Of a DNA stretch of 64,000 nucleotides, positions 24,212-36,636 are shown piece by piece. The DNA is from Rhizaria sp. SCN 62-66 (taxonomy: Eukaryota), in NCBI GenBank assembly GCA_001724265.1, contig MEDY01000004.1, positions 1 through 64,000 of the forward strand, given 5' to 3'. Each line of letters opens with the position of its first letter. The stretch's first letter is position 1. The translations under genes and the position numbers were made by a program. Below the pieces are notes generated by a model that was not told the DNA's origin, ran no database searches, and saw only the letters and a program-made list of their open reading frames with translations.

Positions 24212-24222
24212 CGACCTCATCT
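24212..24222 (-). promoter_or_regulatory. AGATGAGGTCG, PAC-like element in the PUM3/DPH5 divergent promoter
   Basis: Identical to 6563-6573; about 55 nt upstream of the PUM3 ATG. Confidence 0.45.
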
Positions 24223-24466
24223 TGCTCTCTGCGCCGCTATGCCGATTTTTGCGAACCACAAACGCCGCCGCTGCCGCAGCGAGCGAGTGGCAGAGGGGAA
24301 CTTTGAGGTCGCGCTAAAGGTCTGTAGAGCCCTGACATGACCGTCAGTAATAAAATTAATATTGAATCTGAATAGTAATGCACTTTTGATGCATATGAAT
24401 ATTTCTCACATCCACGATCAATTGATATGCATCTTATTATCTTTCCTTTTGTTAGTCACACCGACC

Positions 24467-25724
24467 ATGCCGTTCCACATCGTGAGTCTCGGCCTCGGCG
24501 ACGAGAAGGACATCACCGTCCGCGGTCTCGAGATCGTCAAGAAGTGCGAGCGCGTTTTCCTTGAGGCTTATACCGCCATCCTGGGCATCGGCGTCGAGCG
24601 CCTGGAGGCCTTCTACGGCCGCCCCGTGACGGTGGCAGACCGCACAATGGTGGAGCAGAAGAGCGACGTGCTGCTCAACGAGGCTGAGACCAAGGACATC
24701 GCCTTCCTCGTCGTCGGCGACGCCTTCGCCGCGACCACGCACCACGACCTGTTCCTGCGCGCCGCGCAGCGCGGCATCACGGTGTCCGTGATCCACAACG
24801 CGTCGATCATGAACGCCGTCGCGTGCTGCGGGCTCCAGCTCTACTCCTTCGGCCAGACCATCTCGATCCCCTACTTCGACGCCACGTGGCGCCCTGAGAC
24901 GTTCTACGACAAGATCAAGGCGAACCGCAGCATCGGGCTGCACACGCTCGCGCTGCTGGACATCAAGGTGAAGGAGCAGAGCAAGGAGAACCTGGCGCGC
25001 GGCATCGAGGTGTTCGAGCCCCCGCGCTTCATGTCGGTCAACGAGGGCATCGCGCAGCTGCTCGAGATCGAGGACAAGCGCGGCGAGGGTGTCGTGCTCC
25101 GCTCGCACTGGGCCTTCGGGCTTGCGCGCGTCGGCCAAGACACGCAGCAGATCGTCTCGGGCACGATCGAGGAGCTCGCCAAGGTGGACTTCGGCGCCCC
25201 GCTGCACTCGCTCGTGCTCGCCGGTCCCGAGCTGCACGAGATTGAGACCGACATGTTCTTCCACTACCACTGGAACCAGGCCGAGAAGGCCGCGCTGCGC
25301 GACACGCACGTGCAGGCGCAGGAGCGCGTGCGCCGTGCCGCCATCGAAGCTCGCAACGAGGAGCGCCGCAAGGAGGACGCCAAGCGCCAGGTAGGTCACT
25401 GAATCAGTCACTCTCCGAATAGCTTTGCGTCTGTTTACTTATTGTGTGATGTTGTTCTTGTATGTATGAGTTTTCCTCACAATTTTCTCCTGTTTATGTA
25501 CTTCTTGCATTCTTATACACGACTAGGCTGCTGCGACCGCTGCCGCGGCCGCGCGCGCTAAGGCCAAGGCCGAGGCCGAGGCGGAGATCCGCCGCCGCGT
25601 GCAGGCGCGCATGCGCGGCATCACCGTGGCGCCCGAGTCGGGCGACGACGCCGAGAGCAGCGACGAGGACGAGGACGAGGACGAGGACAAGAGCGAGAGC
25701 GAGGAGGAGAATGAGGACGACTGA
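24467..25724 (+). CDS. DPH5: Diphthine methyl ester synthase, ~373 aa
   Basis: Exons 24467-25390 and 25527-25724; LGLGDEKDITVRGLE, LEAYT, LVVGDAFAATTH, HNASIMNA, GLQLYSFGQT, GLHTL.LLDIKVKE, DFGAPLHSL. Confidence 0.98.
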
Positions 25725-26215
25725 AGTGGTCGGCTTTGATGAGCATGACAACGCAACATCACTTATTGTTCACACGCTCCACTGTGACGCGGTGCAGCTG
25801 CAATGCGGCGGGTGCATAATTGTGTGGTATGACTAAGTTTTTTTATAACGCATGCATGCTGTGAACATTGATTTTGATGATTACGGCCAGTCGTGCAAAA
25901 CAGGTCGGTCTGTAGTTGAACGCAAATTTCTGTTCATTCGAACAACGCTCAATAAAAACATGCCTTAATACGTACGGACAACTCAACATTTAACGAAAAA
26001 AAGAACTAATGTATTTGCGGATGTACATGTAACGGTAGTTGTGCCGACGGGCATGAAAAGTACGCGTCACTTTAAGCGTACTTGCACACAAATAAAGATA
26101 ATGCAAAATATATGTCAGTGATACTCAATAATATGATGTTATAATTTGTGAAACAAATATGAATGATAAAATGCCCAATGCGACTTACTCACACGGAAGC
26201 TCAATCTCCGCCGTA

Positions 26216-28193
26216 TCACTTGCTCACCCCGTCGCCCGACTTCGTGTACGTGCCGTCAGGGTTGCGCCGGATCGTGATGAATCCATAGTCGCCCCCGCCG
26301 TCGCCGCCGGCCAGCGCCCGCGGCAGGTGGCTGTAGAGCCCGCCGCGCTGTCGCACCTGGTCCTCGGTCTCGTCCTCGTTGTGCTGGCGCGCGCCGTAGC
26401 CCGCGTCAGCAGCGCCATACACGGGGTTCACGGGCGCGGGCGCGGTCGCGGTCGGGTTTGTTGCATTGGCCTCCCGCGACGCGCGCACCGCCACGGACGG
26501 GGCGGGGCGCGCGGGCGGCGGCGAGGGGTTCGTCTGCGACTGTGCCAGCGATGGGGCCGGGCGGGAGGGCGACTGCGAAGGAGCGGGGCGAGTCGAAGAC
26601 GCGGACGGAGCCTGCCGCGACGGGGCGGGCGGCTTGGCGGCGGACTGGGAATGCGACTGCGGGTGGAACAGTGACTGGGACGGCGACTGCACCTGCATGT
26701 AGGAGTGCGAGAGCGGTTGTGCGTGGGTGACGATGGCGATGCCGCTGTACGTGTCGTCGTAGTAGCCGTCTGACCCACTCTTGGTGTAGTCGTTGCCGCT
26801 GTGAGTGTTCCTGTTGCTGTTCGGGGTGCCGTTGCTCGCGAGCTTAGACATCGCAAAGAACGGCACCGGCAGCGGTGACACTCCAACCATGCCCACAGTC
26901 ACCTGCTCCTCGTCGTCAGCCGCGTCGTTGGAGCGGTTGCGGTCACGCCCGCGCTGCTGTTGTTGCTCAATCGGCGAGCCCGTGTTGGTGCGCGCGAGCG
27001 CGTACGTGGGCGGCTGGGTGTGGCCGGTCAACACAACGACATAGTCGCTGTCATCCGTGCTCCCAGCCGCGGCGCGACCCGCAGTCGACGCGTTATTCAT
27101 CGTCGTGTACGCGTTGCTAGAACTGTTGGCATTGCTGTTCAGAGGAGTGTTGCGTACGTCGCCGTACTTAACGACGCCAATGTCACCAGCAATGATACTG
27201 CCAAAGTTGTTACGCGAATCGGTGTTATTGTTCATGTTTGTGTTGTCGTAAGCGGGCGACATCGGCAATGTCGCATAAGCCATTGGCAGCGGGTGCGGAA
27301 CAAACTGTTCAGCGGGCGCGGGGTACATGCGCGGCGTAATCTCTCTACTGTACGCATTGCCATTACCGGCAGCGTTGTAGCCAATGTCATTATTGTTGGC
27401 GCTGCTGTTATCGTAGCCACTGTCGTTGTTTTTGGAAGGCGTGTTATTGTGGTATCCGTATCCAAAGCCGTCGTTGCTGTTGTCGGCCGCAGCAGCAGTG
27501 GGGGCAGCGCGCATATGTGCGGTGCGTTGCGGCGCAACGCGCGCAGGCGACTGCGATTGTGGTTGGGCAAGAGATTGTGACTGCGCCGGTGACGGCGTTG
27601 AAAAGAGCCGCGAGACGGCGTTACCACCATCAGCTCCTGAGCTCGAGCTGGCGTTTTGCGCGTTCGTAGTGCTCTGATTTGGGTTCTGGCTGCGCGCAGG
27701 CACGGTGACCGTGGCGGGGGCGGCTGTGGGAACGGCGGTGACAGTGGCCGCAGCATATCCGTCGATGGGAGCCGCGGTGATGGAGTAGCCTTGTGACGCG
27801 AGGTACACGACTCCGGCGCTGTTCGCACCGCCAGTGCTGCCGCCGCCACTGTTACTGTTGACATTGCTCGTGTTCAGGACACTGTTGTTAGTCGCAGCAG
27901 CAGCGGCGGTGTAACCCGCGTTGTCATGATGCGCGATAATCGCAGGCTGGGACTGCGAGCGGTAGTGACCGTGAGCTACAGCGTGGACACCGGCAGGGGT
28001 GTTGACAGTGCTCTTGCTGATGTAGCCGTTGCCGTCGCGGGTGCCACTCTTGCTGTTCGTTGGAGTCAGGTGGCCGTCGCTCTCGTCAGCATTGGCCACT
28101 GTCGCCGCAGGCAGCCTCGTGCCATGAACGCCATCGCTGTCGCTCATACGCGCAGTTGAAGGTATATGACTCCCTCCTTGTTGATATTGTTGC

Positions 28194-28231
<38 letters not shown>

Positions 28232-31200
28232 ATGAAGCTGCATATGTTCCTGATTCGCCTTGGCGAGCTTCTCCGTCTCGGCCCGCGCGGCCCGCTCCTC
28301 GCGGTCCCTGCGCGCCTGCTCGCGTGCGCCGCTCGCCGCCTTGTCGCTCTTCACAAAGGCCCAGATCCGCTCGTGGTACGGTGGCAGCCGCTGGTAGCCC
28401 CCCACCGCGGGTGCGCCGCCGCCGCTCTCCCCGTCGCCGTTGTCAGCGGCCGCGGCGGCAGAGGCCGAGGCGGAGGCTGTGGCCGTGGAGCGCGTGCTGG
28501 CGCGGTACTCAATGCGGACGTTGCCCAGCGCGCGCGGCGGCGTCGGCGGCGTCTGCATCTGCTGTTGCTGTTGTTGTTGCTGATGCTGATGGTGAGTGTT
28601 GCTGTACACAGATGTAAAGCCGGCGTAGGGTGGGATGGGGGCGGTGCTGTTGTTGGAGAGGTTGACCTGCACGGGGATCATGCGGGGCACGCGCATGTGC
28701 TGGTTGGCGTCGTTTAACTGCAGAGACAAAATAGCAACATAATCAAAGATAGTAGAGGTGAGAGCTTAACATGCAGTCGTATAGTAATATAAAGGGATAA
28801 CCGCAATTGGGGGATACGTCATTGTAAGATAGTCGTGACCGTACCCGCTCCTGCCACACCACCTGAGGATCCACCTCTCGTTGTTGGCGTTTGGTGTTGA
28901 TATTCTGACCGCCAACAGCAGCACCATTGTTCGCTCTGTTCCCTGGCTGACCTTGCACGCCGGCAGTAACAGGACGCGCCCTCTGTTGCTGTTGCTGTTC
29001 TTGCTGTTGCTGGCTCGGTGCATTGGGTTGCCACTGGTCTTGAGCTGGCTCCTGTTCCTGCTCCTGCTCCTGCTGGTACTGTTGCTGCTGTTGGCGGTGG
29101 CGACTGCCCGCATTCCCGCCCTTGCCGCGCCGCTCCCGGTACTGCGCGTCGCTGGCCGCTGCGACGACCGCAAGCGCGCGCCCCGCACGCACGCCGGCCG
29201 CACGGGCCACCGTGGAGACGACGGCGGCGGCCTCGCTCTGGCGGCCCTCTCGCAGCATCTGCTCGACGTGCGCCAACACTGGCGCCAGCGCGGGGGCCAG
29301 CACGTCGTCGCTCTCGGCGTCGTCAACCTGTTGTTGCTGTTGTTGTTGTTGCTGAGACTGGCTCGCGTTGGTATGCTTAGAGCAAAGCGCGACCGCGTAT
29401 CCTTGGTCGTTGTGGGGGTCGCTGTTGCTGTCATACGGCTCGTAGTGCGACTCGGGTGGCTGGCTGCGCAGCTGCTGCTCGATCAGATGCACACGCTCAA
29501 TCATGCGCATGTCCTCGTCAGCATCATCGTCTGCGTTGCCGTGGGACTCGCCGTCATCGTTTCCCACGCTGTAGCCGTCGGGGTTGTTGTGATTGCCGGG
29601 AAAGCGAAGGTGGCTAGGATTGTTGGCGTGATCGTGATTATTGTTGCGACTCCTGCTATAATCGTCGTCATAGTCGCCGTCGCCGCCAAACCCCACGGTC
29701 ACCTCACCGCGCGCAATGCCCTGTCGCACGGCCTCTGCCCGTGCGCGCTCGCGCCTGGCCTCGCCGCGGCTGCGCAGCGCGCGCAACAGCCCCGCGAGGC
29801 GGGCCTCGATGCCGGCCTTCTTGGCGGCGAACGCGGCCTCGGCCCGCGCGGCGCCGCGCCGCACGCGCCGCGCGTTGGCCTGCGACACGGCGCGCGGCGA
29901 AACTGCCGCGGCAAAGTACTGCTCGAACGTGGGTTCGGCGTCGGCCTCAACGTCGTCATCATGGTCGGCATCGTGGCTACTGTGGCCGTGGCCGTGTCCT
30001 TGTAAATGGTGCTGTCCCGGATGCCGTCCGCTCTGCTGATGCTGGTCGAGGTACTTGCGCCACCCGCGCTCCTCCCCGTCCCGCGCCTGCGTCACCCGCG
30101 CCGCCGCGCGCGCCACCTCGCCCGTCGCCTCTTCCGCGGCCACGCGCCTGGCCCCGCGCGCGCGCTCGCGCCTGCTGGCGGCGGCGCGGCGGCGGTGGTA
30201 GTCGGCCTCCATGCCCGCCACGTCAATCGCGCCCGTCACCGTGGCCAGCCGCGAGGCCAGCAGGTAGTTGGCCAGGTCGATGCCCTCAGCGCGCCGCTCG
30301 CGGGCCACGGCCACGCGGCGCGAGGCCGCGATGCCGGCCAGCAGCCGCGCGGGCGGCGGGCGGGAAAAGTGCGGACGGTTGTTGCCACCGCTGTGGGTCA
30401 TGTGGCTGACGTCTGCAGAGTCGTCGTTTGCGCTCCCAGCGGACGCCGCCTCATTGCTGGTGTGGATATTGTACGCGCGGAGAGTCGACGTGAGCGCCGT
30501 GGACTGGCCGTGGGCGGCAACGTGGTTGTGCGCGATGTGCGCGGTGTGTGGCCTGCTGTGCTGCGCGTTGTTGCTGTCGTGGTACGAGTACTGGTTGTGC
30601 GAGCTCTCAATCACCAGACCGGTATTAGTGTCGGCCGCGTTGCTGTCGTCAACGCTGCGGTTGTCCCTGTTCATCACCATCGAGTAGTACGAATACTTCG
30701 CCTTAGCCAGCGCGCCGCTGCCGTCCGCATCGCCGTCGCCTTCCGCGGCACCGCCGTGGCGACTGTGAGAGGACCCGTGACTTGCACGCTGCGGCGCTGT
30801 TCCGGGCCTGCGCTGTGCCGACTGCGGCTGCCCGTGGTCCTCCGTGTTGGCGTTGTACAAGTGCGGCGGCGGCGGCGCGCCGGCGATGGAGCGCACCTCT
30901 ACCGGCGCGGGCACGCCCGCCACGTCGTGCAGGCGCCGCAGGATGGCGCGGTTCTCGCGCTCAATGGCGCGCGCGCGCTCGGCCTGTGCGGGCGTCTGCG
31001 TGCGGTGGCGTGCGTGGTGCGCCGCCGTCAGCGTCGCCAGCGGGTTGTGCGAGAACGTCAGCTTGACCCCGTTAGCCGCGACGGGCGGGGCCGCCGTGGG
31101 CGGGCGCGGGCGCAAGCGGGGGCCGCCAGCACCAGCGCCAGCAGTGGCAGGCGCAGCGCCATCTTGCGCGTGGCTGGCGACGTCACTGGCATGCGCGTTG

Positions 31201-31898
31201 TGCGCTTTGCCGTGCTCTGGCCAGGAGGCGTCGTTGTCGACCGAGCCGTCGTCGCCGTGGTAGCGCGGGCTGCCGCTGTTATTGTCGTGATGCGCAAGCG
31301 CAATCGCCGCGGCACTGTTATCGTTGTTATTGTTGCCGTTGATGTGGTTTGCGTAGGCGCGCGACGAAGGATGCACAAGCGGGCCCAGGATCTGCAGCTG
31401 CTGCAGGTGCCGCATGTGGCGCCGCTGGATCAGCCGCTGCTCGTCCTCCGATACGGGCGCGCCGTAGGACGATAGCTGTATAATGCCGCCGCGCGGAGTC
31501 GGACGCGAGCCGCCAACGGGGCCCGTGGCGGAGTTTGTCGGCGTCGCGACACTCGCCCACCCGCCGTTGCTGTTGCTGCCGCCGTTGCTGCTGCTCGTGG
31601 TCGCGTTGAACGGGGAGCGCGGCGTCGCGGAAAAGCCGCCACCTGATGTGGCTGGACGCGCAGGGCCCATTGTCTGCTGCTGCGACGCTCCAGCGGCTGT
31701 CGGCGTGGGGAGGTGCAGGAAGCGGGCGCGGTTGACCTGGGCCTCGGTGACAGCTGCGCGGTGTGATGCCACGGCGTCAGCCCGGAGAGGACTGGCGAAT
31801 GAACTCAACGCAGTTGTAGTGTAAGTCTCGGTGATAGTGCGTTGATTCATGCCGCCACCAGCAGACACTGGTGCGCGGGGGCTCTTGACTCGGGACAT
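26216..31898 (-). CDS. Large low-complexity protein (~1850 aa) with CFAP97/Hemingway (KIAA1430)-like motifs
   Basis: Exons 31898-28845 and 28717-26216 (gtacgg…cag, phase 0) join two track ORFs. Motifs RAIERENRAILRRL and RAEGIDLANYLLASRL…MEADY resemble the paired helices of the CFAP97 family. Confidence 0.65.
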
Positions 31899-32507
31899 CT
31901 TGAGCAAAGGAGCGCTCTGTTGGAGGGAAAGTTTCGCGATGTACTCAGCTCTTCGGGAATAATGCCTGCTTGCGGGGTCTTATTTGAAAATTAAATTATC
32001 ACAGATAGATTAATTCGTAAGGTGTGTATATCAACTCAAAAAACGAGTAATAATCGTGCTCAACGTGCTTTTAGATCGCTCTCAGCTCACAACGGTTACA
32101 TGCTCGATGGCTCAGATCGAACCTCGGCTCTGGCCACAAACGGAAAACGAGTAGCGGACAGCAGTCACCACCACAAATTAAGTTTGTACTTGCGCACTGC
32201 TGCGACCGTCAGTGACCCTGCCAGTGTGATAGCGCATATTTCCACATCTTATCCAACATCCTCCTCATTGCTTTTTGTGTCCACCGCTCCCCTGTGCGCG
32301 TATCTGGTCGCAGTTTTTTCTTCCCCTCTTTCGCCTTGTGGGGTTGATCGTTGTATGCTCCGTGTGAACCGCACGCTACGCCTTCTTCGCCTTAGTCACA
32401 ACAACATCGACAGCAGTCACAACAGATCCTCTGTGTTCTCTGTCTTTACCCCTCTATCTTGTCCTTCATCACTTTTCTCGACCAACCTCTCCGCCAAGGC
32501 CACTAAA

Positions 32508-32630
32508 ATGTCCGACAACAACGCTAACGCAAACGCAAACGCAAACGCAGCTGCCTCGGCCGACAACGGTGCCGCGGTTCCCGCCAAGAGCAAGAACCCT
32601 CTCGCGAACAAGCAGCCCCGCCAGCCCAAA

Positions 32631-32661
<31 letters not shown>

Positions 32662-33926
32662 CGAAGAAGGGCGCTGCGCCGGCGTCGGCGTCGTCGACCA
32701 AGGGCCGCACGCTACCTGAGCTGTTCGAGCAGAGGTTCGGCCAGCTCGACGCCTTCGAGTACGTCGACACGCACGTGCACATCCCGCTCGTGCTCGAGCG
32801 CATGACCGCCGCCGCCGCTAACGCCAACGCAAAGAAGGAGGCCGCAGCCGCCGCGGCCGCCGCGCTCGCCGCCAAGAAGGCTGCCGCTGCCGCAGCCGCT
32901 GAGGCCGCAGAGGCTACCCCCGACGCCGCTGCTGGTGCCACTGCCCCCGCCGTCCCCGAGCCCACGCCCGCAGAGGTTGCTGCGCCCGCAGAGGCTGCTG
33001 CGCCCGCGGCCGCCAGTGCGAGCGCCGCGAGTGCCACGAACAGTGAGATCTCGTGGCCCGCGCTGGCGGCGTCGCTGCCCGGCAACTACGCGGGCTGCGT
33101 GCTGGTGTGCTGCGAGCCCGAGTCGTTCGAGTCCTCTATGGCCGTGCTCAACCTTGACCGCGGCTACGCCAACGACGCTGACAGTAGCAGCGTACCTGTG
33201 CTGACGGTGCCCGCCGCGCTGCCGGCCGAGGCCACGACCTACGAGGCCACGCACGCCGCCGCCGTCGCGCGCGCCAAGCCCGCCGCCGCTGCGACCAGCA
33301 GCGGATCAAAGTTAGGCCGCATGGTGGGCGCGTTCGGCATTCACCCGCATGAGGCAAAGAAGTGGAACGACACGGTGCAGGCGCAGTTCGAGTCTGCGAT
33401 GAGCCACCCGAACGTGGTGGCGTGGGGCGAGTGCGGACTTGACTACTTCTACGACAACTCGCCGCGCGACCTGCAGCGTGCCGTGTTCATCACGCAGATG
33501 GGGCTCGCCGTCAAGCACGGGCGCCCGCTGGTGGTGCACACGCGCGACGCCGAAGACGACACCGTGGAGCTGATGACCAAGCACCTGCCGAAACACTGGA
33601 CCGTGCACGTGCACTGCTGCACGTCGCCGCGCTCCATGGTCGAGCCCCTGCTCGCGCACTTCCCCAACCTCTACGTCGGCTTCACGGGCGTCGTCACGTT
33701 CCCCAACGCAGACCTGGTGCGCGATACGGTGGCGTGCGTGCCGCTGAACCGCATCCTGCTTGAGACCGACGGGCCCTTCATGGCGCCGCTGCCCTTCCGC
33801 GGCGCGCTCGCACATCCCGGCCACGTGCCCTTCACGGGCGAGAAGGTCGCCGAGATCAAGGGCGTTTCGGTGCAGGAGCTCTTTGCGGCTGCGCGCGAGA
33901 ACACCAGGGCTGTGTATGGCATCTAA
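32508..33926 (+). CDS. TatD family nuclease, ~472 aa
   Basis: DTHVH, GIHPH, GECGLDY, VVHTRDAE, VHCC, ILLETDGP, N..AVY metal-binding TIM-barrel motifs. First plausible ATG at 32508. Confidence 0.95.
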
Positions 33927-34665
33927 AGCTGTGTATCGCGACGATATAAGACCGGCGACAAAATAGAGCTTTATATTTCGTTGAGTGCAAACAAACACAA
34001 TTCCTTATGGCATCGCGAGCTGTGGTACGCGAATCTTAAAATGCAAAATTAGCACCAAAAAACTCATATAAGCTTGAAGTGATAAAGATATACATTATCA
34101 TTCTGCGTTAGCGAAACCGATCCAAAGTACCACCACTGCCACCACGCACACGTGAAACGGATATGGAACACATATGTACATGTACAGCATGTCTCTGAAA
34201 ACAACTACCTATATGTGTTCAGCGTCAATACCTGATAGTTCAATATTGAACCTCAACAATACCTTCGTACAAACGGTTGTAGACACTCTTGCATGTGTAT
34301 TAATAGCAACAGCAAGGAACTGTCACCAGAATAATTGTTGATATATGAACCGGTGATGCTTCATAAGTACATGAAACTGTCAAAAGAGATATTTAGAGCA
34401 GATAGTAAAATAGGGAGGTATGAATCCTATTTTACTATCTGCTTTAGAGACAAAGCCACAAGAAAAGTAAAACGGGTATTCTACAAATTAAAAGCAAGTG
34501 TTGAAGCGACTTTTGGCACAGCATAGTGGACAAGTCAAGTTAGGGTGATTTCACAAATAAAAGAGCAGTCCTATGAAGCTCACTCAGGAAAAGCAAAACA
34601 ATAAAAACAACACTATGTGAAGTCTCTACTCTAAGCCAGAGCGCTGCATTATCACAAACGTGGCG

Positions 34666-36636
34666 TCAGGCAATAGTGCAGCAGGTTGACGTTGGGTTCA
34701 CCATTTCATCGCCGTCAGCAACAAGGCCTTCCTCGTCATCAGCAGTCCCACTCGAAGACTTGGCCTTGGCCGGGACCTTGCCCTTGCCCTTAGGAGCCTT
34801 CTTGGCGGCAGCCGCCTCCTCCTGCTGCCGCGCCGCTGCGTCCGCAGCCTCGCGCTCCTCGACCGTGAGAGGCACCTCGGCCGTCAGCAGCGCCTCCCAG
34901 CCCCGCGACGGCGTGACCGCCGCGACGCCCTCAGGCGATTGTGCCTGTGCCTGTGCATTTGCCTCTGCCTCAATGAGCTTCGTCCGCACCACAGTGTCGT
35001 AGTAAGCGCGCAGCTGGGCCAGCTTCTCGGCGGGCAGGCGCGCGCGCGTCGCGCCCAGGTCCCCGTTAGCGACAAAGCCGGTGAGGATGGCGGTGGCGTG
35101 CATCGAGCCCAGCAGCTCGTTCGGCGCGTCATCAGCGTCGATGTCAGCGTCGGCCACGTCGCCGCTAAGGTCGTTGCCCACCGCGCGCGCGGCCCCGACG
35201 ACCATGCTGAGCGCGCGGGCCCACAGTGAGCGCGCCGCCTGGTGCAGGGTGGCGGACTTGTGGTGCGTCTGCAGCTGCTCACGCGCGGCGACAATGCGCA
35301 GCAACACTAGCTCCTTGATCAGCCCGTCTAGATCCGACTCGGACGCTGCCAGCCGCGTCACAGCGTTGGCGCGCGACTCGAGACGGCGCTCGTAAATCAT
35401 ACCGGCGATCTTGCCTGCCACAACCGAGAGCACGCCACCAATCAGCGGCACCATCGCGGCGCCGGAGCTGGTGACGTTGGCGAGCGTGCTGCGCGTCTCG
35501 ACCTGACCCGTGGTCACGATCTTGGCACTGGCGTACGCGCGAGAGAAGGCGAACACGAAGCCGTGGTAGTAATCGTACATCGGCACCTCCGTCTTGACCG
35601 CGTGCTCCGCCTGCTGCAACAGCCGCGCGCGCGCCGCGGCCTGGATGGCCTCGTCCGCCAGCCGCTGCGTCTCGGCCATCTGCGCTAGCACCGCGGGGTC
35701 GGCCTCCGCGGACGCCGCCTCATATGCAGGCGGCAGGCCCTGGTCTTCGCTCGCGGTCTTGTTCGTTTTCGAATCATGCACCTTGTCCTTGGCGGACGGC
35801 GTCTCAGGGTGCCAGCCGGGCGCGGTCTGCTCCGTGGGCGTAACGGGCTGATTGAGCGCTGCTGCAATGTCGGTCATTTTCTCCAGACACTGTTCGTAGA
35901 CGCGCTCGCAGTCCTCCTCGTTGCTGGTCACGAACGCAGTTAGCTCCGACAGCTCGGCCGCGCGCTCGGCGGCAGGACCTGCGGCTGCAGGCGCTGTCGC
36001 AGCCATACGCGCTGTCGTAGCCGCAGAGTCGTTAGATGCGCCTTGTGAGGAAGTCGCAGGCAACGCCGCGGGCTTCTCAGTCGCCGCGGTGGTCACGGCG
36101 GCGCCAGCGGACGCAGGTGACGCATCAGAAACAGCAAGCCCCCCGGTGGCGGCCTGCTGCTTGAGCTCGAGCTCAGCCTCGACCTGGCGCGCCTGGTGGA
36201 GCTCCTCGCGCGCCGCCTGCAGCGCCTCCAGAGAGGCCTCGAGCTCGCGCGCGGGCGGCGCGTAGGGCGAGCGGATCTTGTCCAGCGCCGCCGTTGTCTG
36301 CTTCCACGCACGCGCGACAAGGGGCTTGGAAAGCAGCTGACCGCGCGCGACGGCCAGGTAGTCGAGCGCGGCCTTGAGTCCGCGCTCGGGCTTCTCGAGG
36401 AGCGCGCGCATCCGCTGCTCGTGCGCAGCCACCGCGGGTGGCAGCGCCTCAGCCGCACGTGCGTGCGCAGCCGTCGCCGCTGCGCGCACCTTCCCCATGG
36501 CTTCATCTTTGGCACGCTCTGCGGCATTCAGGGCCTTTGAAAACTGCTGTCTCATGCTTGAGGGAGATTTAACCAGCGGCTGTGGCTGCATAGATTGATC
36601 CAGTTCCGGCATGTCATGTGTCGGCTGTTGGTCCAT
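34666..36636 (-). CDS. Uncharacterised 656-aa helical protein with C-terminal CaaX-like CCTIA
   Basis: Intronless ORF with codon bias, coiled-coil segments, a hydrophobic helix (MVPLIGGVLSVVAG) and terminal STCCTIA. Confidence 0.8.
   Translation of the reverse strand: MDQQPTHDMPELDQSMQPQPLVKSPSSMRQQFSKALNAAERAKDEAMGKVRAAATAAHARAAEALPPAVAAHEQRMRALLEKPERGLKAALDYLAVARGQLLSKPLVARAWKQTTAALDKIRSPYAPPARELEASLEALQAAREELHQARQVEAELELKQQAATGGLAVSDASPASAGAAVTTAATEKPAALPATSSQGASNDSAATTARMAATAPAAAGPAAERAAELSELTAFVTSNEEDCERVYEQCLEKMTDIAAALNQPVTPTEQTAPGWHPETPSAKDKVHDSKTNKTASEDQGLPPAYEAASAEADPAVLAQMAETQRLADEAIQAAARARLLQQAEHAVKTEVPMYDYYHGFVFAFSRAYASAKIVTTGQVETRSTLANVTSSGAAMVPLIGGVLSVVAGKIAGMIYERRLESRANAVTRLAASESDLDGLIKELVLLRIVAAREQLQTHHKSATLHQAARSLWARALSMVVGAARAVGNDLSGDVADADIDADDAPNELLGSMHATAILTGFVANGDLGATRARLPAEKLAQLRAYYDTVVRTKLIEAEANAQAQAQSPEGVAAVTPSRGWEALLTAEVPLTVEEREAADAAARQQEEAAAAKKAPKGKGKVPAKAKSSSGTADDEEGLVADGDEMVNPTSTCCTIA

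Noticed and set aside
32022-32507. N-terminal extension of the TatD ORF in the track
   Set aside because: GTG start and promoter/UTR- or intron-like composition; codon bias begins at ATG 32508.
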